Source: Okamejei kenojei (taxonomy: Eukaryota). Taken from it: a DNA stretch of 64,000 nucleotides. Made by a program: the position numbers and the translations under genes. Below, one piece after another: positions 47,041 to 62,300 of the stretch. Below the pieces are notes generated by a model. It was not told the DNA's origin. It saw only the letters and a list, made by a program, of their open reading frames with translations, and ran no database searches. Location of the stretch: positions 6,386,001 through 6,450,000 of the forward strand of contig CM069168.1 of assembly GCA_035221665.1 (NCBI GenBank), written 5' to 3'. Position 1 is the first letter of the stretch. Every line of letters starts with the position of its first letter.

Positions 47041-50000
47041 AACTTACACACAGGGGTTTATACACCGTGCAGGTGGCAACTTGTCAAACCTCCCAGATCA
47101 ACATTAACGCACTTTTTACAGAGAAAAAAAAAGTTTCAGCAAAGCGCAGAAGTTTTAGAGGAACTCTGCAGGTCGGGCAGCATCTGTGGGGAGGAATGGA
47201 CAGGCCACCTTTCAGGTCGGGACCCTTCAGACTCCGGCATCTGCAGCCCCTTGTGTTTGCTGACACATTTCCAGATTTATTGAGCCTCTACCATGTTTCC
47301 TCCTGTGCAGGATGTTGCCCGGACTCGAGGGCCTGAGCTATTGGGAGAGGGTGAGCAAGCTAGGACTCTCCTTTGGGGTACAGGAGGATGAGGGGTGATC
47401 TTAGAGATGTGCAAAATCATGAGTGGTATAGATTGGGTAGATTCACAGAGTATTCTTCCCCACAGTAGGGGTGTCGAGAACCTAGGGTGAGAGGGTGAAG
47501 ATTTAATAGGAGCCCGAGGGGTAACTTTTTTACACAAAGGTGTATGGAACGGGCTGCTGGAGGAGGCCGTTAAGGCAGGTTTGCATAGAGGAATGTGGGC
47601 CAAATGCAGGCAGGTGGGACCAGTGCAGATGCGACATGTTGGTCGGTGTGGGCAAGTCGGGCTGAAGGGCCTGTTTCCACCCTGTATGATTCTAAAGTGC
47701 TGCCTCACCCTGCACTTCCAAAATGTTTTAAAACTTGTTGTGACTTTCATTGCTTTTTGTTTTAACTGTTCTAACTGGCCGATAGCTAACTGTTAGGTTT
47801 AGAAGATGGGTGCAAAATGCTGGAGCAACTCAGCGGGACAGGCAGCATCTCTGGATAGAAGGAATGGGTGATGTTTCAGGTCGAGACCCTGCTTCAGACT
47901 GAAAAAATATTTTTGGGCAGCTGCTGATTGCTGAGAGCAAAGCTGAGCAGAGAAATGAAACTGAAGAAGGGTCTTGACCTGAAACGTCACTCATTCTTCT
48001 CTCCAGAGATGCTGCCTGTCCTGCTGAGTTACTCCAGCTTTTTATGTCTTATCTTTGAAATGAAACATTAAACTGAGTGTGAGCTTGTAATTTGGAAGCG
48101 ACAGGCAGTGAGGAAAAGGGATGGCTGTTGGTGGCACTGGTACAAAAGTTGGGGAGTATTTTGGCTCAGCAGATCATGGTGTGGAATCAATTTGGAGTTA
48201 AGGAGAACAAGGAATACGTTGGCAGTGGTTCAAACCAGGGTTTCTACTGTAAACAAAGGAAACTAAATATTAATAGGTCAAACGAAACAAAATATCAAAA
48301 AGGGGGGGCATGGTGGCACAGCGGTAGAGTCGCTGTCTTTCAGCGCCAGAGACCAGGATTCAATCCCAACTACGGGTGCTGTCTGTACGGAGTTTGTATG
48401 TTCTCCCTGTGACAGTGTGGGTTTTCTCCGAGACCTTTGGTTTCCTCCCACACTCCAAAGGTTTGTGAGTTCATTGGCTTGGTATAAATTTAAATTGTCC
48501 CTCGTCAGTGTAGGATAGTGTTAATGTCCGGGGATCGCTCGTCGGACTCCGTGAGCAGAAGGGCATGTTTCCGTGCTGTATCTCTGAACTAAAGCAAAGC
48601 TCACAAGATGCTGGAGTAACTCAGCAGGTCAGGCAGCATCTCTGGGGATCGTGGATAGGTGACATTTTATGACAATAGACAATGGGTGCAGGAGTAGGCC
48701 ATTCGGCCCTTTGAACCAGCACCATTTGCCATTCAATGTGATCATGGCTGATCATCCCCAATCAGTACCCCGTTCCTGCCTTCTCCCCATATCCCTGGAC
48801 TGCTGTCTTTAACATCCCTATCTAGCTCTCTTGAAAGTATCTGGAGAACCGGCCTCCACCGCCCTGTGAGGCAGAGAATTCCACAGACTCACAACTCTCT
48901 GCGTGAAAAAGTCTTTCCTCATCTCCGTTCTAAATGGCCTACCCCTTAGTCTTAAACTGTGGCTCCTGGTTCTGGACTCTCCCAATTCCCCCATTTTGAA
49001 CTGGCACCCTTCTTGAAAACAAATATATTAAAGACATGTTAACAATGGTAGGTTGGGACACTGTATTAAATTGCCTGGTAATAGCTGCCAGTTAAATTGA
49101 CGCCACATATTCTGCCACAAATGTACATTCCTTTATGTCATGGTATGAAAAGTGGGTCAAACTGTAGATTACAGGGAAAAAAACTATCACATTAAAAAGG
49201 CTTAATATAAGTTGCAACAAAAATGTGTTAGCCGAAGGATTGTGTTTTGGAATTTGACAAAGGATCAGGACAGGATGGGCTGCAGCCTTAATCACAGCCC
49301 TGCTGATGGTGATGGTGGTACAGTGGCGCAGCTGGTAGAAACCCAGGTTCAATCCTGACCTCCGATGTACCTTGTGTGGAGTTAGCACGCTCTCCCTGTG
49401 ACTGTGGGTTTCTTCTGGCTCCTCCAGTTTCTTCCCACATAGCAAAGACTTGTAGGTTAATTGGCATCTGGAAATTGCCTCAAAGTGTATAAGGTAAAGG
49501 AGCAGAATTAGGCCATTCAGCCCATCAAGTCTACTCCATTCGAGGCTGATCTATCTTTCCCTCTCAACCCCATTCTCCTGCCTTCTCCCCATAACCCCTG
49601 ACACCTGTACTAATCTGTCTATCTCTGCCTTAAAAAATATCCATTGACTTGGCCTCCACAGCCTTCTGTGGCAAAGAATTCCACAGATTCACCACCCTCT
49701 GACTAAATAAATTCCTCCTCAGCTCCTTTCTAATGGTACATCCTTTATTCTGAGGCTGTGCCCTCTGGTCCTAGTCTCTCTACATTCACTCTATCCAGGC
49801 CTTCACTATTCAATAAGTTTCAATTAGGTCCCCTGATATCCAGCGAGTGCAGGCCCAATGTCATCAAACGCTCATCATATGTTAACGTTATGAATTCTGG
49901 GATCATTCTTGTAAACCTCCTCTGGACGCTCTCCAGAGCCAGCACATCCTTCCCCAGATGTGGGGCCCAAAATTGCTCACAATATTCCAAATAGTGTGAA

Positions 50001-51040
50001 AGGAATGGTTGAGAAAGTGGGATTACATAGAACTAGTGTGAATAGGTGGTTGATGGTTGGTGTGGGCGGTAGGGCCTGTTTCTGTGCTGTATCAATCGGT
50101 TCAAACCTGTACATTGACTGAGGAAGCCAGAGTGAGAGTAAACTAACCTAAAGCTTATAAAAACAGGTTGTAAGAGCTTCGACAGATACTGAAAAAGGAT
50201 AAAACTAGTAAGTGTAAGACAGAGATTTACCGTATACCTTATGGACAACTCGGGAATAGGTCCTTTGACTCGCGATAGGGGGTAGGCTGTTGGAAGGAAG
50301 TCTGATTTATTGTATTCACTGTAATTTAGAAGGATGAGAGGTTACCTTTTAGAAACATTAAATTCTTAAGGGATTGTGCAGGCTAGATGCAGGAAAAATG
50401 TTCCCGATGTTGGGGGAACTAGAGGTCACAGTTTTCCACAACTAGGGGTCACAGTTTAAGAATAAGGGGTAGGCCATTTAACACTGAGATGAGGAAAAAC
50501 TTTTTCACCCAGAGAGTTGTGAATCTGTGGAATTCTCTGCCACAGAAGGCAGTGGAGGCCAATTCACTAGATGTATTAAAGAGAGTCAGATTTAGCTCTT
50601 GAGGCTAACAGAATCAAGGGATATGGGGAGAAATCAGGAACGGGGTACTGATTCTGGATGATCAGCCATGATCAGCTCGAAGGGCCGAATGGCCTACTCC
50701 TGCACCTGTTTTAATGTTTCTATTGTTCAAGATGTTCTGCAGTTTGAGGAGCATCCACCCCTCCAAGACCACCCCTAGTGGCCTGTTGTAATGAATGGTC
50801 CAACCTGTGATATTAAACTGACTGAGTTCTCGCTGTCCCCCTGTGAAGTGTTTCTCGTGGTCATCTCAGCCCTGACCAGTTGCCTCTCTGCCTGGGCGTG
50901 TGATGAAAAGTTGCAGTGTTTGATAACATCTAGTGCGGAGGGCTTCCAGTGTTGTGTGGCGCCACTTGTATTCGAGCCCTTGGCAGTCCGGGGGGGGGGG
51001 GGGGGGGGGTCGGGTTACGTGACTGGGTGATGGCGGGAAA

Positions 51041-51412
51041 CAAAGATCCTGTAGCGAGCAAGATAGCCCACTCGACGAAACAGACCGTCGTACGGTCATG
51101 GGCAGATCCATGGGTAATTTAAAGCCCCATTTCCGTTACCGTCTTCCGTCTCCGCACCGAAGATCCCATAGGATACTAGTGCGCAGACGGAAGCCGGTTA
51201 CGGAAACATCCTCGTCAAAATAAAAGTTATTTGGCAAAAATCTTCTCCTCATTTTCAGAATTTAAATTTATTAACACAAACTGTTCCCCGGCAACGTTGA
51301 TTACATTGCGAGTTGGGTCGGTTACGCAAATGGAGGAAAGAAAGGCCCACGTTCTGTTCCGTTGCGTACTACACGTTAGCCCATTGCATTTAGCAGGAGT
51401 GGCCTATCTTTG
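51041..51412. mobile_element. hAT-like MITE, second copy
   Basis: Reverse complement of 8088-8477; ends CAAAGAT...ATCTTTG. Confidence 0.7.
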
Positions 51413-52971
51413 GTGGGTAGCAGTTGTCATGTGGTTTAGAAGTGTGCCCTAGTATAAGTATGGAGACCTGGGTCAGACCCCCCACCCCCCCCTCCATTTG
51501 CATGTGTCTTGATCTCTTTACCTGCATGAAGTTCTCTTTGTTTTCATCTCGTGTGGCTCGTTTATTTGCCCGCCTTAATTGTGTAGTTTTCACACTATAT
51601 CCACAAAGCTGTCGTTTTCACACTATGTCCACAAAGCTGTCTTGCTGTCTTCTAAATATGGGCTTTACAGCACCCAACATACGTAGTACAAGCTCTGCTT
51701 CTCTGCCTCTTAAAGTCTGCCCTAAGACAAGTGGTTAACTCTGAGTGAATGCTAGCCAGTGAAAATGTGACTGCACTCCGAACAACTGAGTCTTGTGCGT
51801 CGGAAGGAACTATAGACGCTGGTCTGAACCGAAGATAGACACAAAATGCTGGAGTAACTTAGCCGGTCAGACAGCATCTCTGGAGAATTGTTTTGTTGTG
51901 ATGTTTTGCGGATCGAGACCTTTCTTCAGACTTAGAATCAGGGGAAAGGGAAATGAGAGATATAGACAGTGATGTAGAGAGGTATAGAACAAATGAATGA
52001 AAGATATGCAAAACAAGTAACGATGATAAAGGAAATGGGTCATTGTTAGCTGTGGGCTAGGTGAGAACGAGTACAGACAATGAGACTCAAGACGACTTTG
52101 AAGCTGGTGTGACTTGGAAGGGGGAGGGATGGAGAGAGATGGAATGCAGGGATTACTTGAAGTTGGAGAAATCAATATTCATCCCACTGGGTTGAAAGCT
52201 TGTGTCCTGGGAGAGAGAGTACCAAACTGTGAAGAAGTGTTTCGGCCCGAAATGTTGCCTATTTCCTTTGCTCCATAGATGCTGCCGCACTGCTGAGTTT
52301 CTCCAGCACTTTTGTCTACCTTCTTACTAAACTGGGGGGCTGGCATTTTCTTGCACCTTCTTGAGAAACATAGAAAATGGGTGCAGGGGTAGGCTATTCA
52401 GCCCTTCGAGCCAGCCCTTCGAGCCAGCCCTTCGAGCCATTCAATAAGATCGTGGCTGATGATCTGAAATAAGTACCTCGTACCATAAGACAAGGCGATG
52501 TGGTATTGTTGACTTTTGCAAATGGTGCATTGACCCTGACCAGAAATGATATCCAAACGATTTGTTTGTGTATGAAAATGGCCTTGTGACATTCTCTGAA
52601 CTGAAGGCCAGTAAGCGTGTCATTCAGCCTTACAGTTTCACTTCCTATCAGTAGCCCGAGGTTTTCTCGTGGATGTTCAGTCTGGAGACACTTTGGGGGA
52701 AGTGGATGTGCTGTTGGGACGGGTGCAATACTGACCTTCCACATGACAATCATCTGTTCTGGCTGAGCTTATCCGCCCGCACACGAGTGCGATCAGGAGT
52801 TTGTGTCACTGGAGCCTCACCTGACTGGCTGACGCTCCCATGCACGACTGTGTCAATCCTGGATTGGCAAGAAAAATGTTAAAGTCAAGAGTGTTTTATT
52901 GTCCAGATAGAACAATGAAATTCTTACTTGCAGCAGCACAACAGAATATGTAAACATAGTACGCTGTAAAC

Positions 52972-53395
52972 CAGGGGTCGGCAACCTACGGCCCCTGGGC
53001 TGAATGCGACCTGTAACCCGAAATCATCTCGCCCGTAGGCATCCGGCCCGCTGAGCACCCCGAGCAGCGGCCGAGGGCCCCGAGCAGCGGCCTAACGCCG
53101 AGCTCTGGCTGTATCGCATCCACATTAAAGAAAGAACTGCAGATGCTGGAAAAATGGAAGGTGGACAAAAATGCTGGAGAAACTCAGCGGGTGAGACGTG
53201 CAAGGATTGCATGAGGCTGCCTCACCTGCTGAGTTTCTCCAGCATTTTTGTCTGCCTTCTGTGAACACGTGATTTGATGCCTGCCATCTGGGGCGGGATC
53301 CATGTGTACACGTGATAGATGTGGCCCGCCATCCGCTCACAGATGCGCGAGACACGCGTCCCGGCCCCTATGCAGAACATGGTTGCCCACCCCAT
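52972..53395. mobile_element. hAT-Charlie-like MITE with a nested Penelope fold-back (~53130-53260)
   Basis: CAGGGGTCGGCAACCT...GGTTGCCCACCCC termini. Confidence 0.6.
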
Positions 53396-56300
53396 GTACA
53401 TTCCATTGTTATGGCTGATGTAAAATTTTGGTGGTATTGTGGTGCAGCTGGTATGGAGCTGCTGCCTGGGTTTGATCCTGACCTCGTGTGCTGTCTCTGT
53501 GGAGTTTGCATGTACACATTAGTGCTAAGTCATCACACTTTTGCATCCATTGCCCACAGGCCTTCCCAAACCTGTTGTGCTGCTACAAGTAAGAATGTAA
53601 TTGTTTTGTTACAGATGACACTAAAGCACTCTTCCCTCTCTTGACTCTGTGACTTTCCTCCCTCATCCCAAAGACGTGCGAGTTTCTCGGATAATTCTCC
53701 CCTGCAAGTTGACCCCCAGTGTGTGGGGAGTGGATGAGAAAGTAGGACCACATAGAGTGAGTGTGAATGGGTGATCAATGGCCAGCATGGGTGTCGCTGG
53801 GCTGAAGGGCCTGATTTTAGGTTGAATCTCTAAACTAAACTAAGGGCCAGCCAGCTCAGTGGTGCGGCTGCAGAGTTGCTGCCTTGCAGCGCCAGAGAAC
53901 CAAGTTCGATCCTGACTACAGGTGCCCTCGGTACTGAGTCTGTATGTTCTCCCTGTGAACCTGTAGGATTCTCCAGGTATTCCAGAATCTCCTGGTACTA
54001 CAGATTTCTCCCACACTCCAAAGGTGTGCAGGTTTGTAGGTTAAATGGCTACTACCAATTGTCTCCAGTGGGTAGGATGGTGCTAGTATGCACAGGGAGA
54101 TTGCTGCTTGGTGAGGACTCGGTGGGCCGAAGGGCCTGTTTTCGTACTGTTTCTCTAAAGTTTAAATTAAACTAAGCTAGAAGTTCTTTGGATACTATTT
54201 TGGATAATATCATGGTCCGAATATCATTTTTGATTCTGTTAATACCATGAACAGCCTTGATTAGATGGCCTATGGCTTCCCAGCCATTTCCCTTTTTGTT
54301 GTGAGCTCTCTGTTGATTTGTTGGTATGTGGCTTTTGTTTAATTTTGAGTAAATACAGATGGCGCTGCAGGAACTCAGTGGGTCAGCCAGCATCTATGGT
54401 GCCATCGGATATGTTGCTATTTCGGGCCAAGTCCCCGCATTGGGGCTTGGAGTATCTGAGTTTCTGATTAAATTGGTCAGAATCATGTCTCTGGAAATGG
54501 ATAGTTTATATGTCGAGTGTGAAAGCTGTGATGCAGTGTTGGGGTGTGGGGATGTCGAGACTAGTTTGAAAGCCCAAGAATGAAGGAAGTGGTGAACACT
54601 GCCTGGTCCGTCGGAGGCACTGACCTCCCCACCATCGAAGGGATTTGTAGGAGGTTGCTGCCTCAAAGGCAACCAGCATCTCCAAGGAACCTCGCCACCT
54701 TGGTCATGCTCCCATTTCACTCCTGCCGTCAGGTAGAAGGTATAGGAGCCTGAAATCTATGACCTCCAGGCTCAAGAACAGCTTCTTTCCGATGACCGTC
54801 TGAATTGCGGTGCAACGGTAGAGTTGTTGCCTTACATAGCCAGAGACCCAGGTTCGATAGCGACTATGGGCGCAGTCTGTACATTCTACCTGTGACCACC
54901 TGGGTTTTCTCTGAGTGCTCCAGTTTCCTCCCACGTCCCAAAGACGTGCAGGTTTCTAGACTAATTGGCTTCGGCAAATTGTCCTTGGTGTGTAGGATAG
55001 AACCAATGTATGAGGGGATTGCCAGGTCGGCGTGCTGTGGGCTGAATGGCCTGTTTCCATGATGCATCTCGAAACTAAACTACAAACAATAGCTAAACCG
55101 TGAACTATGAAATGTCTTCTCTGCACTAAGTACTTTAGGTATCTTTGCACTAACGCTGCATTTTAAAAATGTATTGGATTTTTTTGTTGATTACAGTATG
55201 TTATCTCTCAGTACTGTGTTTATAGTCCCAATATGCTGCTGCAAGAAAGAATGTCATTGCTCTGTTTGGTACATAAGACAATTAAACATTCTTGACTCTT
55301 GAACAGTGTAGAGAAAGATTTATTTTGCACATAACCAACTGGCCTATCTCGGACGGCAATGCTTAAGATGAATACTTGATTGGAGTGCTTTAGTTTTCAC
55401 ACCAATATTTTAGAATTCATTAAGAATTCTGTTTCTCTTTCCTTTTCTTTCAACGTAACTTCTAATTAATCTCTATTCTACATTTCAATCTTGAACCTGA
55501 AGTGGAAGTGTGAACATGGCCACATCCTACCACAGTGATGCAGCAAGCTACAAGTTCAGAAGATAAGACACAAAATATTAGAGTAACTCTGGAGAACATG
55601 CACAGGGGTGGTTTCAGGTGGGGAGCCTTCTTCAGTCTGTGTTCTGAAGGACATAGGTCCTGTTCCACACCTGGACAGTTCCTGAACACACAAACCACTC
55701 TTGTGAACAGTGATAATGACTCCATCTAAGATAATTACAGAAATCTTTTAAAAGTGGCAGTGACCTAGGGAACTGCCAAAGCCCCGAAGGGTCCTGACCT
55801 GAAACGTCGTCTATCCAAGTTCTCCACAGATGCTGCCCGACTCACTGAGATACTCCAGCAAATTGTGTGTTTCCTTTCTAAAATAAAATGCCTCAGTCCC
55901 CACATGTCAATTAGTTTATAGAATCAACATAGAGGCAGGAAACATGTTCCCGATGTTGGGGGGAGTCCAGAACCAGGAGCCACAGTTTAAGAATAAGGAG
56001 TAAGCCATTTAGAACGGAGACGAGGAAACACTTTTTCTCACAGAGAGTGGTGAGTCTGGAATTCTCTGCCTCAGAGGGTGGTGGAGGCAGGTTCTCTGGA
56101 TACTTTCAAGAGAGCTAGATGGGGAGTTGGCGGATATGGGGAGAAGGCAGGAACGGGGTACTGATTGGGGATGATCAGCCATGAACACATTGAATGGCGG
56201 TGCTGGCTCGAAGGGCCAAATGGCCTACTCCTGCACCTATTGTCTATTAATATGTTGATAGGTTCTTCGACCCATCAAGTCCAGGTCGACCCTCACCCTC

Positions 56301-59300
56301 ACCCATTCACACAACTTCTATGTTCCACTTTTGCATCCATTCAAGAGTTAAGAGTGCATGTGATTTATACACTCCCTACTCCCATTAGGGGACAATTTAC
56401 AGGCCTATTAACCTTTAAACCCTTTGGGATATGGGAGGAAGCCTGAGCACCCGGAGGAAAAGTTTGCCGTCACAGGGAGGTCATGCAAACTATACGTGGA
56501 CAGGTCGGGATTGAACCCGTGTGTCTGGCACTGAGGCAGTGGCTCTACCAGCTGCACCACAGTGCCCAACCGCTAATGAAGCCTTTGTCAGGGGGACTAA
56601 TCCTTCAGTTGAATTCTAATCCTGTGTTTACTCACTTTGTCATCTATCCTCTACAGTACCGTTACAGTACAGGTCTGAAGAAGGGTCTCGACCCGAAATG
56701 TCACCCATTCCTTCTCTCCAGGGATGCTGCCTGTCCCGCTGAGTTACTCCAGCATTTTGTGTCTACCTTCAGTGTAAACTCTACCTTCAGTGTAAACAAG
56801 CATCTTCATTTCCTTCCTACACAGTACAATCCATGTTTATCTGTAATTGCATTCCTGAGTGTTTCTGTTAGCACTTTGGATGTTTGTGCTTGGGCTCAGG
56901 ATGTTTTATTGAAGTTGTCTTTGCAGTTCGGGCTTTATAGAGGGGCCTGAGGAGTAGATACAGTACATTACACCATCAATCACCTGCGGGCAGTCGGTTC
57001 ACATACAATAATCCATTCTATGCAATGATCAACCTCCTCACAAAGGAGAGTTCAGGAGATTGATCTATCAACCTCTGCATTCATTTCTGTTTGACCATAA
57101 ACAGCAAGTATTTACAATGACTTTGTTTACATTAGGCTGTAAATCAGCAAAGGTAAAGTGGTAGAAGTAAGGAATTGCAGATGCTGGTCTGCAAAGAAAA
57201 AGGCACAAAGTGCTGGAACGACTCAGCTGTACAACTCCGACACAATCTCTGGAGAACGTGGATTGGTGAAGTTTCGGGTTGAGATCCCTCTTCATGTGTT
57301 TCAGTCTGAAGAAGGGTCCCGACCCGAAAAGTCACACATGTTGCCTGATCGGCTGAGCTACTCCAGCTTTTTGTATGTCTTTGGTTTAAACCAGCATCTG
57401 TAGTTCCTCCCTACACATGGCCAGGTGATGTTTTTGGTAGGGACCCTTCTTCAGGCTCATGAAGAATCCCAGCCTGAAACATCACCTATCAGTGTGCTCC
57501 AGAGCTGCTGCCTCACACACTGAGTTACTCCAGCACCCTGACATTTTAAGATTAATGTGTTGTGTCTTTAAATTGCCTTTCTCCTGATCCAGAAATTGAG
57601 ATGTTTTGTGCGGGAATTAGTTTATGACTGGTTTGCATATTGCTGTTTATTACCGTATTATACAATATACAGTAATTATCTTGCAGCTTGTTTACCGTAT
57701 TATACAATATATAGTAATTATCTTGCAGCTTGTTTCTGCCAGTGTATTTTCTTATTGGTTAGGAAAATGTTCATAACTGTGAACAATTTCTATCCTATTT
57801 CTCCAGCTTCAGTGACGTGACAGGAGCAACGTGGTATATGAAATCTTTCTGATTGATTGAAAGGTGCAGCATGGAAACTCGTCTTTCTGCCCATCGATCA
57901 CCTGTTCACACTAGTTCTATGTTATCCCACTTTCTCATCCACTCCCCTACGCACTAGGGGCAATTTACAGAGACCAGTTAACCTACAAACCCCGGATGCC
58001 TTTGGGCTGTGGGAGGAAACTGGAGCACCCACGCGGTCACAGGGGAAGACGTGCAAACTCCACACTCAGACAGCAATGGGAGGTCAGGATCGAACCAGGG
58101 TCTCTGGTGCTGTGAGGTAGTGGCTCTGCCAATAATTAATGAATCAAATTAATTAATTGAATTAATCTCTCTGTGTAATTACTGGTGCTGTTCATCCCAG
58201 ACCCTGATGCCCTTCATAAGGTGGACAGCCCTCAATCATACGTTGTTCCAATCGAGGCCCAGATAAAATGGCAATGCCATAGTTTAGCTTAGATACAGCA
58301 TTGAAACAGGCCCTACGGCCTGCAGAGCCCATGCCGACTATCGATCACCCGTTCACACCAGTTTTATCTTTCTCCCAAACACTCATTTACTTGGGGGCAA
58401 TTTACGGAAGCCAATTAACCTACAGAACGGCACGTCCCTGCGATGTGGGAGGGAACCCTTGCAGTCACAGGGAGAACGTGCAAACTCCACACACTGACAG
58501 CAATGGGAGGTCAGGATGGAATCTGGGTCTCTGGCGCTATGAGGCAGCAGCTCTACCCGCAGCGCCTCCGAGTCTCTCAGCTATGACGGGAAGTCTGAAA
58601 ATAAAATGTTCTGTTTTTGCTGAATTCGTGGTATCGGGATGTCTGAGCTCAGATGGGAAGGGTGTTGCTGTGAGTGATCGCGAGCCTCCCTCACTGCTGT
58701 GTGGCACTGAGATAAAGGCGCATCACTCCCCCAGGAATGTAATGAGCAGCCTGTGTCACCATACAACTGCGTGGGCAATATTAACTGGCCCTAGCCCATG
58801 GTCCCTCTAGAAATATATTGGCATTTCAAGGTCCTCCATAATCACTTTGCATCAATATTCTGTTGCTTAGTTTAGTTTAGAGATACAGCACGGAAACGGG
58901 CCCTTTGGCTCACTCAGTCCGTGCTGACCAGCGATCCCTGCACACTAATACGATCCTACACATACCGAGGACCATTTACAATTCTACCGAAGCCAATTAA
59001 TCTACAAACCTGTATGTTTTTGGCGTGTGGGAGGAAACTGGAGCTTCTGGCGAAAGCCCACGCAGGTCGTGGGGAGAAATGACTAACTCCGTACAGATAG
59101 CACCCGTAGACAGAATCGAACCAGGGTCTCTGGCGCTGCAAGGCAACAACTCTACCCCGGTGCCACTCTTCAAGGTTAGCTGCGTATCCCAATTTCGAAG
59201 GTGCAATCCACCAAACCTTTCTTCCTGCTGTTAGACACAAAAATCTGGAGTAACTCAGCGGGGCAGGCGGCATCTCTGGAGAGAAGGAATGGGCGACATT

Positions 59301-62300
59301 TCATATCGAGACCCTTCTTCAGACTTCTTCCTCCTGCTGGTTCAATGTTAGTTTATTGTCACATGTACCTAACTGTCATTGCATCCAGTTAAATGGCAAT
59401 CCTGCTATCCTCGGGCACAATCATACTGAATACAAGCTCAGGAGGCCGAGGGTGATTTTATTAAGGTGTACAAGATCACAAGAAGAATTGGTACGGTAAA
59501 TGCACAGAATCGTTTACCCAGAGTAGGGACATCGAAGCTTAAGATATGGGTTTAAGTTGAGGTGAGAAAAAATTATTAGGAAGTTGAGGGGTAACTTTTA
59601 CACACTGATAGGTGTATGGTATGAGCTGCTGGAAGAGGTGGTTGAGGCAGGTACTCTCACAATGTTTAAGAAACATTTAGACAGGTACATGGATAAGATA
59701 GGATTAGAAGGATGTGGGCCAAGCGCAGGCAGGTGGGATTAGTGTAGATGGGGCATGTTGGTCAGCCTGGGCAAGTTGGGCTGATGGGCCTGTTTCCACG
59801 CTGTGACTGTGCGTGTGTGTGTGAGAGAGCGTGTAGCTCCGTGCATGCTTGCGAATCTGTGCGCATTTGTACCACACAAGACCACACAGAGTCACTACAC
59901 AAAAGTCGCCACATTTTAAGTGCAACCTGTATCCTTCAAGTCTTAAAATAAAAAACAAATGTTAGTTGCATCCTGGCCATAAAGGCCCGTTGCCCTGGCG
60001 ATGGCACTGGGCCGGAGTTGCAGGGGTCAGCCTGGCCCAATGACGTGACGATGTTACCTGAACTTTCACGCTGACCTGCTGATTGCTCCAGCAATTTGTT
60101 TCTATTTCTTGTAAACTTGCATCTGCCTTTCCATGTGTCCATATCTATGCTTAACGTCCAAGGTTGTTTGCTTAGGATATGAATTAAATCATTTAGCATG
60201 GCTCTTTCCTTGTTCCATGCAACTTTCAGACATACTTAATGCACGTTAGAGTCTTCAAAGCATTGCAAGATAGACGCACAAAATCTGGATTAACTCAGCT
60301 GGTCAGACAGCATGTCTTGAGAAAAGGAATAAATGACATTTTAGGTCTGAAGAAGGGTTGAGACTGGAAAGGTCACCTGTTCCTTTTCTCCAGAGATGGT
60401 GTCTTACCCGCTGAGTTACTCCAGCTTATTGTGTTTATCTTCAGTTTAAACCCGCATCTACAGTTGCTCCCTACACATAAATGCATTGCAATAGCCGCTG
60501 GGCATGCTTGTGTGGTTTAGGGGCCAGCGTTGACCAGAGTTGGGTGGTATCAGAATTGGGAATGTAATATATGTGTGGACATTTCATACTGTGCACTCTA
60601 ATGTTTGAGTTCCCTTTTTAAGTTTGTACGTGACAAGGAGCAAGATGTGGTAAGTTGATGTTGGCGAGGTCCCAGGCTCAAAGCCAGTTCTGAATAACAG
60701 CTGCCTTCAGTAACTGGGTGGCGCAGCTGTAAAGTTCCTGCGTTACAGCGCCAGAGACCAGGGTTCCATCCTCCTTACGGGTGATGTCTGTGCGGAGTTT
60801 GCACGTTCTCCCTGCGACCGTATGGGTTTTCTCAGAGTTCTGGTTTCCTCCCACGCTCCAAAGACGTGTAGGCTTCTGGATGAATTGGCTTCAGTAAAAT
60901 TGTAAATTGTCCCTGGTGTGTAATCTCCTTCATGATCCTTTGAATGAACAAAGATGTGGATTTTTTTTTTTCCCCCTGTAAAAGCTAAGTAGAAACCTGG
61001 TGTGCATACCTTGTACCCCTGGTCAATATGTTTGATGGAGCCATAGTCATTGGCCCCTGTGCCCAATTCCACAATGCCGACCAAACTGCTCAGTCTACAC
61101 AAGTCCCACCTGCCGCCGTTTGGCCATATCCCTCTAAACCTTTCCTGCCCATTCCCTGTCCAAATGTTTTTTAAATATTGTTTTCGTACCTGCCTCAACT
61201 ACCTCCTCCAGTAGCTTCTTTCATAAAGTCACCATCCTCTGAATGAAAAAGATGCCACTCGGGTTCCAATTAAATGTTTTCCCTCTCATCTTAAACCTCT
61301 GCCCCCTGGTTCTCGATTTCTCCCCACCCCCCCATGCATTCACCCTATCCATCTCAGCATTACTTCTTGTGGCTTTCCAATGTTCCACAGGAAGGTCTAG
61401 AGGAGATGTGAATCATGCCAAGGAACGTGACCAAGGTCCAATGCAAGGTGTATGTACGCAGGAACAGGGACAGTAATATAGGACTTCTGTAGCTATCCTC
61501 TGAATCATCCTTTCCACTCCCTCCCCTTTTCCTGCCATCCCCCTCCCGCTCCCAAATAAATCACTAGAGATTTGGAGGCACAGCGTGAAAACTGGCCCTT
61601 CAGCCCACCGAGCCTGCGCCGACCAGCGATCGCCCGTCCACCAGATCTATCCTATGCACTTGGGACAATTTACAGAAGCCAATTAACCTACCAACCTGCA
61701 CTCCTTTGGAGCGTGGCAGGAAACCGGAGCACCCGGAGAAAACCCACGTGGTCACCGGGAGAACGTACAAAGTCCATACACACAGCACCCAAGGTCAGGA
61801 TAGGATCCGGGTCTCTGGTGCTGTAAGGCAGCAGCTTTACCACTGCGACTCTGTGCTGATCCTTTGGGGGGGACTTGAAGTTAAAATAATGTTCGATGCT
61901 AACTTAAAAAGAATCCGTGCGTAGTATTAAGAGACTGAATTCCACGGTGCTTTCTGACCAGAACGTGTGTATGTTGTCTCTACTCCATGGCAATAACCAT
62001 CTTTTCATTTAGTAGTAAAGTTACAAAATTTTGAGATTTAAAAAAATCAAGTCTGCAATTTATCCCATCAGATAAAGCATAAAAATAAGTTTAATTTGAC
62101 ACCTAATTCACTTTCATATCTTCAGTATTAAAGTTATGGACATTTTCATTCTCGGAAATTAGCATCTTGTTCCCTATTGCTTTTCCATTGACTTAACACA
62201 AAAGCTGTGATCGAGGACAGTCAAAAGCCCATAACTTTCTTAAACATTAAGAGAACTGAGAAAAATTTTCAGTTATTATAGATTGAAGCATTCTGAAACA

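Noticed and set aside
57650-57733. Small tandem duplications (also 4490-4665, 51586-51641, 52398-52437) and simple repeats ((GA)n ~17690, poly-G ~50990)
   Set aside because: Ordinary slippage products with no evidence of function.
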